DNA from: a virus
Taxonomy: Duplodnaviria; Caudoviricetes
Reading direction: 5' to 3' (one strand)
Length of the DNA stretch: 36,611 nt
Virus record (IMG/VR): IMGVR_UViG_3300017766_003347
Location: 1-36,611 of that record
Shown here: piece by piece, positions 25,156 through 34,222 of the stretch
How the letters are laid out: each line of letters starts with the position of its first letter
How positions within the stretch are numbered: position 1 is the first letter of the stretch
Program-made: the position numbers and the translations under genes
The notes under the pieces: generated by a model
The model's database searches: none
Told to the model about the DNA's origin: nothing
Seen by the model: the letters and a program-made list of their open reading frames with translations, nothing else

Positions 25156-25895
25156 GCGGCCCACTGCTGAACCATCGCCGCCCCAAAATTCGGGAAGGTG
25201 TCGGATCTCCGCGCCCATCTGTCATCGCTCGGCGTCAACTTGTTTTGACCGCTCGGCGTCTGGTTGCTCCATCGCTCTTTCATGATGCCGGAACCTCTCG
25301 GCCACTCCTCCATGCGCCCGGCGATCGGCGTTGTCGGGCGCAACGGCATGAGGCCGCGAAGCCAAAGGCATGTCCCTTTGCTGGCGTCGTCTCCAAACCA
25401 CCAAGGCTGGACAACCTGCGTCGGCTTCATGAAGAATGTTGATAGCGTGCCAACAGGGTTCTCGATCGCCATGCGCTCAATTTTCAAAGCCCATATGCGC
25501 TTGACGAATTCGGTGTCTCTATCGCGTGCCGCGCGCCTGGCCGCGCCTACCAGTGTTCCCGGCTTGACGCGCTGGTGATACCCGACAAGCGGGTAACGGA
25601 CATAATCCGGATCTTTGAAAGCCCATGCGGCGGATACGGTGTGATATGTGCATTCAGGGTGGAAGATAGCCAGATCGGGCCACCACCCTTTTCCCCACAA
25701 GTTATCGAGGACTTCGAAGACTTCGCCGACGATATGAGCTTGGTACATATTCTGGGTGCAAATCGATTTTACACCCAGAATAGGTAACACGTCTTCCTGC
25801 GCTGGAAGAAGGTCGCAAGACAAGACATCGTGACCGGCGGCGGCGAATGCTCGGCGCAAAACGCCAGACGTTTCCATGCCGATAAAAACCCTCAT
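25152..25895 (-). CDS. Phage C5 cytosine DNA methyltransferase-like protein
   Basis: E.SG..RRAF, SCDLLP, HPECT, IENPVG, QPWWFG, K.TCLWL.GL and RS.TFP, the pattern of a short phage Dcm-like family. Confidence 0.75.
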   Translation of the reverse strand: MRVFIGMETSGVLRRAFAAAGHDVLSCDLLPAQEDVLPILGVKSICTQNMYQAHIVGEVFEVLDNLWGKGWWPDLAIFHPECTYHTVSAAWAFKDPDYVRYPLVGYHQRVKPGTLVGAARRAARDRDTEFVKRIWALKIERMAIENPVGTLSTFFMKPTQVVQPWWFGDDASKGTCLWLRGLMPLRPTTPIAGRMEEWPRGSGIMKERWSNQTPSGQNKLTPSDDRWARRSDTFPNFGAAMVQQWAA

Positions 25896-26908
25896 GGCCT
25901 GTCCCCCGGAAAGTCGTCGTCGTCATAGACGGCCGCGCCGGTCTTGGGCTTCTCCGTCTCGGGCGTGGTGCGGCCGCCGATGTCGTCAGGCTCGCGGTCC
26001 TGATCGCTGTCGCCGGGCAAGCTGTCGGCATCCTCGGCAAGGCGCTTCAGGCGGGCGAGGTGCTTGTTCAATTCCTCGCGCTCGGGAGTCATTGACTTGT
26101 TGTCGCCGCTCGGCCCGGTGTTGCGCCACGTCGCGCCCCATGCCTCGCGGAACACTGCGACGCCGCTGCTCGCCGCTTCCTCAAGGTTCGCGATCAGCTT
26201 GACGATCCGGCTCGTGTCGATCCCCTTGCCGGCCTCCTGCATCAACAGCGCGCCATGCTCGACCGTGATGCGCTCGCCCTGGCGGATGTATTTCGCGAAC
26301 GGCTTCGGCACCTTCTCGAAATGCGCGATCCCCTCATTCTCGACGCGCAAGCGGATCGTGAATTCGTAGGGCAGATTGCTTTCGCAGACGGCGTAATCCT
26401 CCTTTGTCGCCGGCTTCGTGTCTGTGTTCACGATCGTCTTGACGCGGATGCAGAAGATCAGATGCGCGCCGCACGACAGAGCCGAACGGATGAAGCGATT
26501 ATGCTGCATCTTGGGCTTGATCCATTTCGCCCGCTTGTTGCTCCCGCTGGCCTCAAGCTGATCGGCAAAGTCGAGCATCCCGCCTTCGGCCTCGTGTTCG
26601 TGGCTGGCGCTGTCGATCACGATTGCATCGACGCCGGCCGCGCGGGCCGCGTGGATCGCCTGCCGGAAGCGGTCGGACGAATAGGGCGCCACGAAATCCA
26701 TGTGCAGGAAGCCGCCGATTGCCTCGTCGTCCGCATACATCAGTGAGCGCTTGCCCTCCGTGTCGATGACGCCGATCTTACCTTTCGGCCCGACGATGCC
26801 GCGCGCGAGGAGCAAGGCGGAATAGGTCTTGCCCGATCCGCTCTTTCCCTCGATGCCGACGAACACGGGCGCGGCCTCCCGCTCGGCTGGTTTGAATTCA
26901 AAGCTCAT
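25892..26908 (-). CDS. Sak4-like (AAA_24) ssDNA-annealing ATPase
   Basis: Walker A GKSGSGKT, VIDTE, Walker B IVIDSASHE, YEFT; located near the RecE-like exonuclease. Confidence 0.85.
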   Translation of the reverse strand: MSFEFKPAEREAAPVFVGIEGKSGSGKTYSALLLARGIVGPKGKIGVIDTEGKRSLMYADDEAIGGFLHMDFVAPYSSDRFRQAIHAARAAGVDAIVIDSASHEHEAEGGMLDFADQLEASGSNKRAKWIKPKMQHNRFIRSALSCGAHLIFCIRVKTIVNTDTKPATKEDYAVCESNLPYEFTIRLRVENEGIAHFEKVPKPFAKYIRQGERITVEHGALLMQEAGKGIDTSRIVKLIANLEEAASSGVAVFREAWGATWRNTGPSGDNKSMTPEREELNKHLARLKRLAEDADSLPGDSDQDREPDDIGGRTTPETEKPKTGAAVYDDDDFPGDRP

Positions 26909-27099
26909 GATTTTTCCTCTCCACCAAACGGCCTGGGATCTCGGTATCCATCAACCTTGCACCGCTGTTGCGGCAACAGGATTGAGGCATGCGCGCGCGG
27001 GCGCACCTCTTTGCAGCGCGGGCATTCGACGCCCAAGCGATTGCGCAATTCCTTTTTGTGGTCTTTGGCGTCGCGCCAATAATCTCCGACATCACCCAT
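26905..27099 (-). CDS. Small Cys-containing hypothetical protein (64 aa)
   Basis: GAGGA RBS. MGDVGDYWRD...CPRC...RCKV; ATGA overlap downstream. Confidence 0.65.
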   Translation of the reverse strand: MGDVGDYWRDAKDHKKELRNRLGVECPRCKEVRPRAHASILLPQQRCKVDGYRDPRPFGGEEKS

Positions 27100-27195
27100 A
27101 GTGATTTCCTCATTCCGCATCAGGGGGTTGAAAGCCTTGTATGGCAGGGGTTTGCGGCCGATTTCCAAGGCGAAAACCGGCCGCCGCATCAGGGA

Positions 27196-28221
27196 TTAAT
27201 CTTCGGCGAGTATCCAGCGCGCGGACGCAAAGTCGTCGTCGGTGAATTCATTGAAAGTCACCTCCGAGAACCAAGGCTTGTCGGGGCCGTGGCTGGTCAT
27301 GTAGGCGTCGAACGTGCCAAGCGCGCGCCGGTATCCCTGATCGGCGCCGCGGAAGTAGGCGTTCAACTGGCTGCTGGCGTCATGGCTGACGAACTTGCGG
27401 GCCACTATGTTTGGAATGCCGCTGTTCTCGATGAAGACATACCAGAACGGCACCACGTCATCCGACTGCGACAGAGCAAGCATGGCCTGAAGGTCGGCTT
27501 CTGCGGTCTCCGTCATAAACGCGGCCGCACCCTTGGTGCTGATCATTTTCTTCATGGCCTGCAAACCGATCTGATAATGCAGGGCCTTGATGTGATAGCG
27601 GTGCTGCGCGACGACATGCGACACGAGCGTTTCGAGATCCTTGCTCATCGGGTTCGCCATCGTCTTCCAGTCGAACGCCTCGCCGCCGAACAAGCGGTCG
27701 ATCTTCATCTTGCGGCGCCGGCCGATCTTGTCCGTCCAGAAGAACGCGACTTCATGGACGCCGCCGCCGATGCCGCCGATCCGTTCCAGCACGCCGGTTT
27801 CGCGCATGGCGTCAATCATGTCCTGGCACATGGTTGCGTGTTCGGCCTTGATGAACGTCGCGCCTTCGTGGTCGGCCTTGAACGCTTTGCCTTCCTTCGT
27901 GGCGAAGGACATGCCGGCCGGCTTCACGACGACATCGCCGCGGATGTTTGCAAGCGCGTTGTGGAAATAGGTTCCGCGAATGGTGGCGGCCGTTTCCTTT
28001 TCATCCTGCTCCTCGACAAGCCGGTTTCGGGCCATGGCGCTTTTCTTGTAGAAGGCGAGCGGCGAGATCAGAAGATCGCAGATACCGGAGGCGCCGAGTG
28101 CGGTATCGCCGTGATAGTCGGCATCGCTCATGCGGAAGTAGATCCCGTCCGCGTGATCCTTCGGGCCAAGCGGCATGTGGATTTTCTTCGGCTCGGCGGT
28201 CTGTGCAACGTGGTCATTCAT
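27196..28221 (-). CDS. RecE/exonuclease VIII-like PD-(D/E)XK nuclease
   Basis: GIYF.MS..DYH...LGAS, RGT.FH, EVAFFW, K.KIDRL, DWKT, Y..K..HY..G. Confidence 0.85.
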   Translation of the reverse strand: MNDHVAQTAEPKKIHMPLGPKDHADGIYFRMSDADYHGDTALGASGICDLLISPLAFYKKSAMARNRLVEEQDEKETAATIRGTYFHNALANIRGDVVVKPAGMSFATKEGKAFKADHEGATFIKAEHATMCQDMIDAMRETGVLERIGGIGGGVHEVAFFWTDKIGRRRKMKIDRLFGGEAFDWKTMANPMSKDLETLVSHVVAQHRYHIKALHYQIGLQAMKKMISTKGAAAFMTETAEADLQAMLALSQSDDVVPFWYVFIENSGIPNIVARKFVSHDASSQLNAYFRGADQGYRRALGTFDAYMTSHGPDKPWFSEVTFNEFTDDDFASARWILAED

Positions 28222-28253
28222 TGTGAGAAGTCTCCGTTTCTGTCGTGGTTTCT

Positions 28254-28505
28254 TCAGTGGATGATCTGATCGGCTTGATCGGCGGCGCGGTTCGCGTCGT
28301 GCATCATCGGGCGTTTCATGGCTTCAATCGTGCTCGCGAATTCCTCGCGTGGCATGTAAAGCCCGACAAGGTTACCCGCGACGGATCCAACGGCCGCAAG
28401 TACGCACCCCATGTCAAAGCCGCGCTTGTCGATGAGATCAGCAACCAGATCGGCGATCTCTTTTTTCGCTCCGCTGATCTGTTTCGTCATTTCTTCGGTG
28501 TTCAT
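28254..28505 (-). CDS. Hypothetical protein
   Basis: GGAG RBS, 83 aa. Confidence 0.65.
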   Translation of the reverse strand: MNTEEMTKQISGAKKEIADLVADLIDKRGFDMGCVLAAVGSVAGNLVGLYMPREEFASTIEAMKRPMMHDANRAADQADQIIH

Positions 28506-28575
28506 GTGTCGTCTCCATGCGGTCGGAAGTGACCGGGACGCCGGCGAGGTCGAGCCCGCCGGCCGCCTTGTCACT

Positions 28576-28872
28576 TCAGTCCCGGTAATCGTCGTAATAA
28601 TCTGGCTCGCTGTGATCGTGCTCAGTCTCGATGAAGCGCATGATCTGCTCGTCTTCGTCGTCGGTCACCTCGAAAGGCTTGCCGCCAAGCGTGATCCGCA
28701 TATCCGAAATTCCGCCGCCTTCCGGGGGGTAACAGGCTTCAGCGGGGCCGGATGAAACGCCTGGGTCGAATGGATCGATATTGTATTCAATCCAAAGTTC
28801 GAATTCCTCATCGCCTCGCTCAAGAAAATACGTTGTGTCGTGACGAAAATTCTTAGTAGCTGATTGCGACAT
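28576..28872 (-). CDS. Acidic hypothetical protein
   Basis: AAGGA RBS. SGPAEACYPPEGG motif, acidic tail. Confidence 0.7.
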   Translation of the reverse strand: MSQSATKNFRHDTTYFLERGDEEFELWIEYNIDPFDPGVSSGPAEACYPPEGGGISDMRITLGGKPFEVTDDEDEQIMRFIETEHDHSEPDYYDDYRD

Positions 28873-30007
28873 GCGGCACCTGTTCCTTGTAGATCGCGAT
28901 GATGACGGCTTGGGCTTCCTTCTCGGATAAGCCAGTAGCGGTGGCGAGGGCCTTTGACGCCTCGGCATTCAGCTTCCGGCGGTGGGCGAGATCGGCCGCG
29001 CGCTCCCGGTCTGCCTGCTCCTGGCGGCGGCGAAGCGCCTCGGCTTGCTCCTGCTCGGCGACGCGCTGCGCTTCCGCTTCCTCGCGAGCGCGCTTGACGG
29101 CCTCAGCCTGGGCCGCCGCTGCCCGCTCGCTCGCTTCTGCGGCTTCCTGCACCCTTCGGGCCTCTGCGGCCTGCTCGCGCTCTGCGGCCTCCTCTACGGC
29201 CTTCTGTGCTGCCGCGACTTTCTCGGCCGCCTCACGCTCGGCTGTGGCTCGGGCCTCCTCGGCGATCCGCTGGCGCTCGATCTCAGCAACGCGCTGCCGT
29301 TCCTTCTCGCGCTCGGCCTCAAGGGCGGCGGCTTTCTCGGCCTCCCGCGCCTCTGCCGCAAGCCGTTCCTTCTCCTGCTGTGCCGCACGGAACGCGCGAA
29401 GCTCCTCAAGTTCGGCGCGCTCCCGGTCCTCGCGCTCGCGGATCTCGATCATTGCGGAAAGCTTCGCGCGGGTCTCCTCGCGCAGTGCGATGAGAGCGTG
29501 CGCGTCTTCGCCGTATTCGGCGGCGCTATATGGCTTGTCGAGATAGTTGATCGTCTCGCGAAGCTGTTCGGCCGTCATCAGCGCGGACGATGCCGGGGCG
29601 CTGGAAAGCTTCTGCCGTTCTGCCGCAACGCGATCCTGCCGCGCCTTCTCTGCCGCTTCCCATGCGTCCAGCGGCGCGCGGGCCTTGTCGCGCAACCCGT
29701 CAAGCGTCGTCTTCAGCGTCTTGCGCTCGCCGTTCACGCTGTCAACGATCGCCTTTGCCTCGACGGCGACGCCGGCCGCGGCTTCGTCCAGCCCGGTTTT
29801 CGTGCGGCTGATCGAATAGGCATAGCTCGCGACCTTCTGCCGGTTGGCCGCAACGGTCATATCCGTGGGAAGCTCGGCGATCCCCTGCTCGATGCGCGTA
29901 TACATCGTGCCGAAGCTCTTGTTCATCTGCTCCGTGATGCCGGTCACATCCGGAAGGTTCAGCTTCGGGAAGGTCGCGAGGGCGGTTGTCTCGGTTTCGG
30001 TGGTCAT
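28853..30007 (-). CDS. Phage coiled-coil protein (Glu/Ala/Arg-rich; family often mislabelled TolA-like)
   Basis: GGAG RBS. ASYAY.ISRTKT.LD, R.PL..WE and C-terminal I....VPHV.I.Y. Confidence 0.8.
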   Translation of the reverse strand: MTTETETTALATFPKLNLPDVTGITEQMNKSFGTMYTRIEQGIAELPTDMTVAANRQKVASYAYSISRTKTGLDEAAAGVAVEAKAIVDSVNGERKTLKTTLDGLRDKARAPLDAWEAAEKARQDRVAAERQKLSSAPASSALMTAEQLRETINYLDKPYSAAEYGEDAHALIALREETRAKLSAMIEIREREDRERAELEELRAFRAAQQEKERLAAEAREAEKAAALEAEREKERQRVAEIERQRIAEEARATAEREAAEKVAAAQKAVEEAAEREQAAEARRVQEAAEASERAAAAQAEAVKRAREEAEAQRVAEQEQAEALRRRQEQADRERAADLAHRRKLNAEASKALATATGLSEKEAQAVIIAIYKEQVPHVAISY

Positions 30008-30051
30008 TTGCGGCGTCTCCGTGTGGTTGGCGGTGCGGTGAAAAGAAGGAT

Positions 30052-30080
30052 GAAAAAGAGGAGGGACCAAAGCCCTCCCC
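30052..30080 (-). terminator. Intrinsic terminator in leftward operon
   Basis: Minus strand GGGGAGGG-ctttggt-CCCTCCTC followed by TTTTT. Confidence 0.6.
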
Positions 30081-30101
30081 CGATGATTGCGACCGTGAGC
30101 G

Positions 30102-30383
30102 TCATCCGTTGCGCTTCTCGTGGTAGTGATCCATTGCCGGCTGCGCCGTCTCGATCTGGCGCGCGAGAGCCATGAAAATTTCCGAATAGAAGGCGTTCGG
30201 TGCGCCGTAAGCGTCGGCACCCTTCGCGTCGAACGTGCGGCCGCCCTCGATCGAAATCAGGCTGACGAAAAAACCGTCGGCCTGATCGTCTTCAAGCGTG
30301 GCCGTTCCGCTGTCGATGCGGATGCCGGGCGCGGGGAAAAGGTCGGTGAAATCAAAATCGGTTGTGAAAGGTACGATCTTCAT
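30102..30383 (-). CDS. Hypothetical protein, first leftward gene
   Basis: GGAG RBS, 93 aa. Confidence 0.7.
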   Translation of the reverse strand: MKIVPFTTDFDFTDLFPAPGIRIDSGTATLEDDQADGFFVSLISIEGGRTFDAKGADAYGAPNAFYSEIFMALARQIETAQPAMDHYHEKRNG

Positions 30384-30409
30384 TTGCCGTCTCCATGGCG
30401 TGAATGTTC

Positions 30410-30490
30410 CGCTATCAATTGCAGAACTTTTTATTGTCGTCAATTACAAATAATTATTGCGCGTAAAAAATATTACGGGCATATTCGGCC
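30410..30490. promoter_or_regulatory. AT-rich divergent promoter/operator region
   Basis: Rightward TTGCGC-17-CATATT (30457-30485). Leftward TTGACG (30443-30438) with weak -10. Palindromes AATTA-caaa-TAATT and CGTAA-aaaata-TTACG. Confidence 0.7.
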
Positions 30491-30514
30491 ATCGCAACCA
30501 GAAAGGAAAAGGCT

Positions 30515-30664
30515 ATGGCCGAAAAGGAAGCACGGAAAGTCGTCACGATTTCGCTCCCCGCGGAAGTGTTCAAGCGCGTCAAAGAACAGGCCGACGAAGA
30601 ACAGCGCACCATGAGCGGAATGGTCGCGTTCCTGCTGGCGAAGGCGACGACGGTCAATGCGTAA
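30515..30664 (+). CDS. Ribbon-helix-helix (Arc/CopG-like) transcription regulator (49 aa), absent from ORF track
   Basis: MAEKEARKVVTISLPAEVFKRVKEQADEEQRTMSGMVAFLLAKATTVNA has the RHH pattern; AGGA/AAGG RBS. Confidence 0.8.
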   Translation: MAEKEARKVVTISLPAEVFKRVKEQADEEQRTMSGMVAFLLAKATTVNA

Positions 30665-31127
30665 GGCGTTCGGCCGGCCCGGCTTCAAGGGGATCGGCAA
30701 AGCGAGCGGCGCGGCGGTCGGCGCCATCGCGATCAAGGTCTATGTGTGCCGGGGCTGCGGCCTTCAGCACAAGGCGGATAAGCCGGTGCAGTGCAAAGCC
30801 TGCGGCCGGATGGACTTCAGCAAGTTCGACAGTACCGGCGAAGCGAACCGCTATGCAGAACTTCTGCTGCGGGTGAGCGCCGGCCTAATTCACAGTCTCG
30901 AAACCCAGGTTCGTTTTCCTCTCATGGCTCATCGCGCGGACGGCGCGGCGGTCAAGGTCGGCGAGTATTGGGCCGATTTCTGCTATGTCCGCGCCGACAC
31001 AAGCGAGCGCGTCACAGAAGATTTCAAGGGGGCGATGACGGATCTCGCCGCTTGGAAACTGCGCCATATGGCGGCGCAGGGAATGCCAGTCACCATCGTA
31101 ACAGCGAAAGGCAAACACAATGGCTGA
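30657..31127 (+). CDS. DUF1064-like PD-(D/E)XK endonuclease with Zn ribbon
   Basis: CxxC...CxxC, FDS..EA.RY, LE.Q..F.L, Y.ADF.Y, EDFKG. Confidence 0.85.
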   Translation: MRKAFGRPGFKGIGKASGAAVGAIAIKVYVCRGCGLQHKADKPVQCKACGRMDFSKFDSTGEANRYAELLLRVSAGLIHSLETQVRFPLMAHRADGAAVKVGEYWADFCYVRADTSERVTEDFKGAMTDLAAWKLRHMAAQGMPVTIVTAKGKHNG

Positions 31128-31560
31128 GAAGACACCGAACCTGACGGAGATCAAGAAGCTGATCGCCGACAGCCTTTACAACGTCAATCAGGCGGAGCTT
31201 GATCGGAAAGACATCAATGCGGATATCCAGGCGATCCGCGAAAAGCTGGCGGCAAAGGGCATCCCGAAGCGGGCCTTCGATCTTGCCCGCAGTTACATGA
31301 AGATGGACCCCGACGATCGCGAAGGATTTGACATCGCATATGCGCTTGTACGCGAGGTCGGAGGGCTGCCGCTTCAGGATGATCTTTTCGCGGCCGCCGC
31401 CCGCAAGGGCTCCGAGACGGTCGAGGCGGAAACGCTGCCGAAGGAAACCGCCGGCCCTGACATGGCGGCCGTGGATAAGGTGATCCAGTCGCAGGAAGCG
31501 GAGAAGACGAAGGGCAAGAAGGTGCTGCCGTCGAACACTGGCACGGGGGCGATCAATTGA
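31120..31560 (+). CDS. GapR/DUF2312-like DNA-binding protein
   Basis: E.DRKDI.ADI.......AKG.......KMD.DDR.E pattern. Confidence 0.6.
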   Translation: MAEKTPNLTEIKKLIADSLYNVNQAELDRKDINADIQAIREKLAAKGIPKRAFDLARSYMKMDPDDREGFDIAYALVREVGGLPLQDDLFAAAARKGSETVEAETLPKETAGPDMAAVDKVIQSQEAEKTKGKKVLPSNTGTGAIN

Positions 31561-32036
31561 CAGACAAACCCCAGGCGAAGAGGGGGCGGCCGCGTTCGGC
31601 CGCTCCCAAGGGGAAGCCCGCCACCCCCGACATTGCGGCTATCGTGGCTGCGGCCGTCGCTCTCGCGCTCAAGGAAGCCGGTCATACCTCGATCGCCGAT
31701 GTCAGTGAACCGATGGTGACGAATACGGACGAAGAGGCCCAGGCGCTTCGCGAGATCCGAGACGATGAACGCCGGCACGCTGAAGAGATCGCCCGCGTCG
31801 ATGAGCTGGCGGCCGAACTGATCCCGCTGGTCATGCAAGCGCGGCATCAGGTCGTGTTTGACTGGATGTGCCAATCTCGCCGGGCGACGCCGGGGCAAGT
31901 CCTGATCGGCATCCTCCGGTCTGAGATTGCCGCTCAAGGCAAAAACTACAGGGAAGCAATCGGCGGCGGCGGCGGATCATCGCGAGATCTGGCGGCTCTT
32001 TCCGAGCGCATCCCTGTGCACAAGGTCAAGGACTGA
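31557..32036 (+). CDS. Hypothetical protein with AT-hook-like motif
   Basis: TTGA-coupled start; KRGRPRS near N-terminus. Confidence 0.7.
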   Translation: MTDKPQAKRGRPRSAAPKGKPATPDIAAIVAAAVALALKEAGHTSIADVSEPMVTNTDEEAQALREIRDDERRHAEEIARVDELAAELIPLVMQARHQVVFDWMCQSRRATPGQVLIGILRSEIAAQGKNYREAIGGGGGSSRDLAALSERIPVHKVKD

Positions 32037-32038
32037 CA

Positions 32039-32830
32039 ATGGCAGAGTTTCCCGCCTTCCCTCTGTGGACGGACGCTTATCTTGCGGACACAGGCCACCT
32101 CTCGACCATCGAACACGGGGCTTATCTCCTCCTGCTCATGACGATGTGGCGGGCAGGCGGGAAGCTGCCGAACGACGACAAGCGCATTGCCCGTTACACG
32201 CGGCTTTCGGCCGGGCAATGGGAGCGGATGAAGCCTGTCATCATGGAATTTTTCACGGTCGATGGTGACGAGATCACGCAAGGGAGATTGAGTGACGAAC
32301 TCGTTTTCGTCAGACAGCGAAGCAAGACCCAATCTGAAAACGCTCGTGCTAAGTCACGGAAAACAAAGGATCATGCACAAGCCACCGCAAAGCCAAATAG
32401 CAGCCAAACGAGTGCCCCCACACCCACACCCACACCTATAGAGAAAAAGGAACCTTCGGTTCACAAAAAAGGGGCGCGACTTTCGGAGGATTGGAGGCCC
32501 GATCAGGATTGGGCGAAGTCCTGCGGATTGCCTGTCGAGACCCTGAAGCGAGAGTACGAAAAATTCCGCGATTACTTCATGGCGGAAAGCGGACAGAAGG
32601 CGGTCAAGCTCGATTGGGAAAAGACGTGGCGCAACTGGATCCGCCGCGTGATCGAGCGGGCGCCGGCGAAAAAGGAAAGCGTGGGCGATTACGCCTACCG
32701 AAAAATGATGGAGACGAAAAATGCAGCTACCAGCAATTCAGGATCGGCCGGATTATTTGAAGATGGCGACGCCCGACAACGTTCGTCAGGTCTTAGCCTC
32801 CTTGAAGATCTTGCCAACTCAAAAGACTGA
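32039..32830 (+). CDS. Replication initiator, DUF1376/YdaU family (lambda O analog)
   Basis: PLWTDAYLADT.HLS..EHGAYLLLLM..W, PTPTPTP linker, C-terminal F.DY......K.DW..TWRNW. Confidence 0.85.
   Translation: MAEFPAFPLWTDAYLADTGHLSTIEHGAYLLLLMTMWRAGGKLPNDDKRIARYTRLSAGQWERMKPVIMEFFTVDGDEITQGRLSDELVFVRQRSKTQSENARAKSRKTKDHAQATAKPNSSQTSAPTPTPTPIEKKEPSVHKKGARLSEDWRPDQDWAKSCGLPVETLKREYEKFRDYFMAESGQKAVKLDWEKTWRNWIRRVIERAPAKKESVGDYAYRKMMETKNAATSNSGSAGLFEDGDARQRSSGLSLLEDLANSKD
32347..32465 (+). promoter_or_regulatory. Putative replication origin within initiator gene
   Basis: 11-bp periodic AGCCA/TGCCC units, CCCACA tandem repeats, GAACC-ttc-GGTTC palindrome. Location analogous to ori within lambda O. 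Confidence 0.55.
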
Positions 32831-33311
32831 CGCCGGCGAAGCCGAAATGGAATTTAACGAGGCGACCTATATCGTCGCTTTGGAGGGCGTCTCAATCTGG
32901 TGTCTCCGCCAGACGGTGAAGGCGATCCTTCAGGGCGGGTTGGGCCACAAATGGTTCCCCGGCCCGGTCGAATTTCGCATGAAGTGCGATGAGATCATGC
33001 AGCCCGTGAAAATGGCGCTGACACAGGAGGCCAGAGAAGCCCGCCAGCGCGACGAACGCGCCCGCGAGGCCCCGCCCTACGTCTCGCCCGACGAACACCG
33101 CCGTGTGATGAACCTCATAGCCGCGACGCGCCGCGAGCGCGAAAGCCGCAAGGCCGCCGAACGGGCTCCCGAACTGGTCATATCAGACGAGGAGCGAGAC
33201 GATCGCTTGCGCCGGATCTTGGCGCTGAAGGATCGGCCCGGCATCACGCAAGAAGAAATTGCAACCCGCGGCGTTGTCGAGCGCCGGCTTAACCAGGAAG
33301 AAACCCCATGA
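32721..33311 (+). CDS. Hypothetical protein, possible helicase loader (lambda P position)
   Basis: Follows initiator. Y..ALEG......WFP.P.EFR pattern; start may be 32763. Confidence 0.6.
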   Translation: MQLPAIQDRPDYLKMATPDNVRQVLASLKILPTQKTDAGEAEMEFNEATYIVALEGVSIWCLRQTVKAILQGGLGHKWFPGPVEFRMKCDEIMQPVKMALTQEAREARQRDERAREAPPYVSPDEHRRVMNLIAATRRERESRKAAERAPELVISDEERDDRLRRILALKDRPGITQEEIATRGVVERRLNQEETP

Positions 33312-33685
33312 CCAACCGCGAAGACGAGATCCTCCAGAAGATCGCCCGCATCGTTGAACTTTCAAACATGCGACATGGTGTCAATGAGCTTGACCTTGAA
33401 GGCACCATCACCGATGCCGAGGAAATATTAGCGTTGGCCCCCCCCTCTCAAGGGGAGAGGGTAGAGACCCCATCACCACAGGCAGATGTGAAGGGCATCA
33501 GCGCCGACGACTGGGCGCTAGCAAATCTTCATGCAGTCATTGAGACCGCTGCCAACGCTGCGGACGCCGCTGTTTACGTGGCAATGCGTTCAGATGCGTT
33601 CGACCCGGGAATACCTGACAACGTTGCGGAATACGTGGGTAACGCTGTCCGCGCTGCTTTCCCGAAGGAGACTGACAATGTCTGA
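33308..33685 (+). CDS. Hypothetical accessory protein
   Basis: ATGA coupling; visibly more A/T-ending codons. Confidence 0.65.
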   Translation: MTNREDEILQKIARIVELSNMRHGVNELDLEGTITDAEEILALAPPSQGERVETPSPQADVKGISADDWALANLHAVIETAANAADAAVYVAMRSDAFDPGIPDNVAEYVGNAVRAAFPKETDNV

Positions 33686-33908
33686 CATTCTCACCGACTT
33701 CCGCAAATTTGTCGATCTTATCGAAGGCCGCGCAATGGCTTGCGATGGGCCAGTGACACCCTTTCTAGAGGAGCTTCACGTTGCATCGGATGCAGAGAAG
33801 GAGCGCTTCACCAAAATTCTCGCCGCAATCTACAAGAACCCATCACCCCAGCCGACTTCGACGCTCTCTCCCCACATTGAAGGCGAGAACGATGGGGGTG
33901 GGAGATGA
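33678..33908 (+). CDS. Hypothetical accessory protein
   Basis: AAGGAG RBS before ATG 33678. Confidence 0.65.
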   Translation: MSDILTDFRKFVDLIEGRAMACDGPVTPFLEELHVASDAEKERFTKILAAIYKNPSPQPTSTLSPHIEGENDGGGR

Positions 33909-34222
33909 GCAAGATGATTGAACGGGTGGCAACGAAGCTTGCAGAAGACGCGCAGCGTGTGCGTGGCGAGCTTCGCGAGATCCAAGGGCTGGCCCACCTA
34001 CCTTTGCCTTCCCTGCACTGGAAACTGTTTGAGCGTGAGGCCCGGATCGCGATTGAGGCGATGCGGGAATGCACCGGCCCAATGATGCAAGCTGGCGCGG
34101 ACGCAAGCCCAATGTGGCAGACGCTATCACCTGACACATACGCTATTGCCGTGAACGACGTGGCAGACGTTTATGTCGCCATGATCGACGCCGCCCTCCA
34201 AGAGAAGGAGGCGGGAGAGTGA
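33905..34222 (+). CDS. Hypothetical accessory protein
   Basis: ATGA coupling. MIERVA...AR.AIEAMRE.T..M...G...AMIDAAL pattern common in alphaproteobacterial phages. Confidence 0.75.
   Translation: MSKMIERVATKLAEDAQRVRGELREIQGLAHLPLPSLHWKLFEREARIAIEAMRECTGPMMQAGADASPMWQTLSPDTYAIAVNDVADVYVAMIDAALQEKEAGE

Noticed and set aside
27115-27194. Hammerhead ribozyme (CTGATG + stem + AAA on the minus strand)
   Set aside because: Core reads CUGAUGC and CAAA rather than CUGAUGA and GAAA, and I found no stems I and III
28853-30007. TolA or tape-measure assignment
   Set aside because: Similarity would come only from Ala/Glu-rich coiled-coil composition. There is no TM anchor and the gene is in the early operon.
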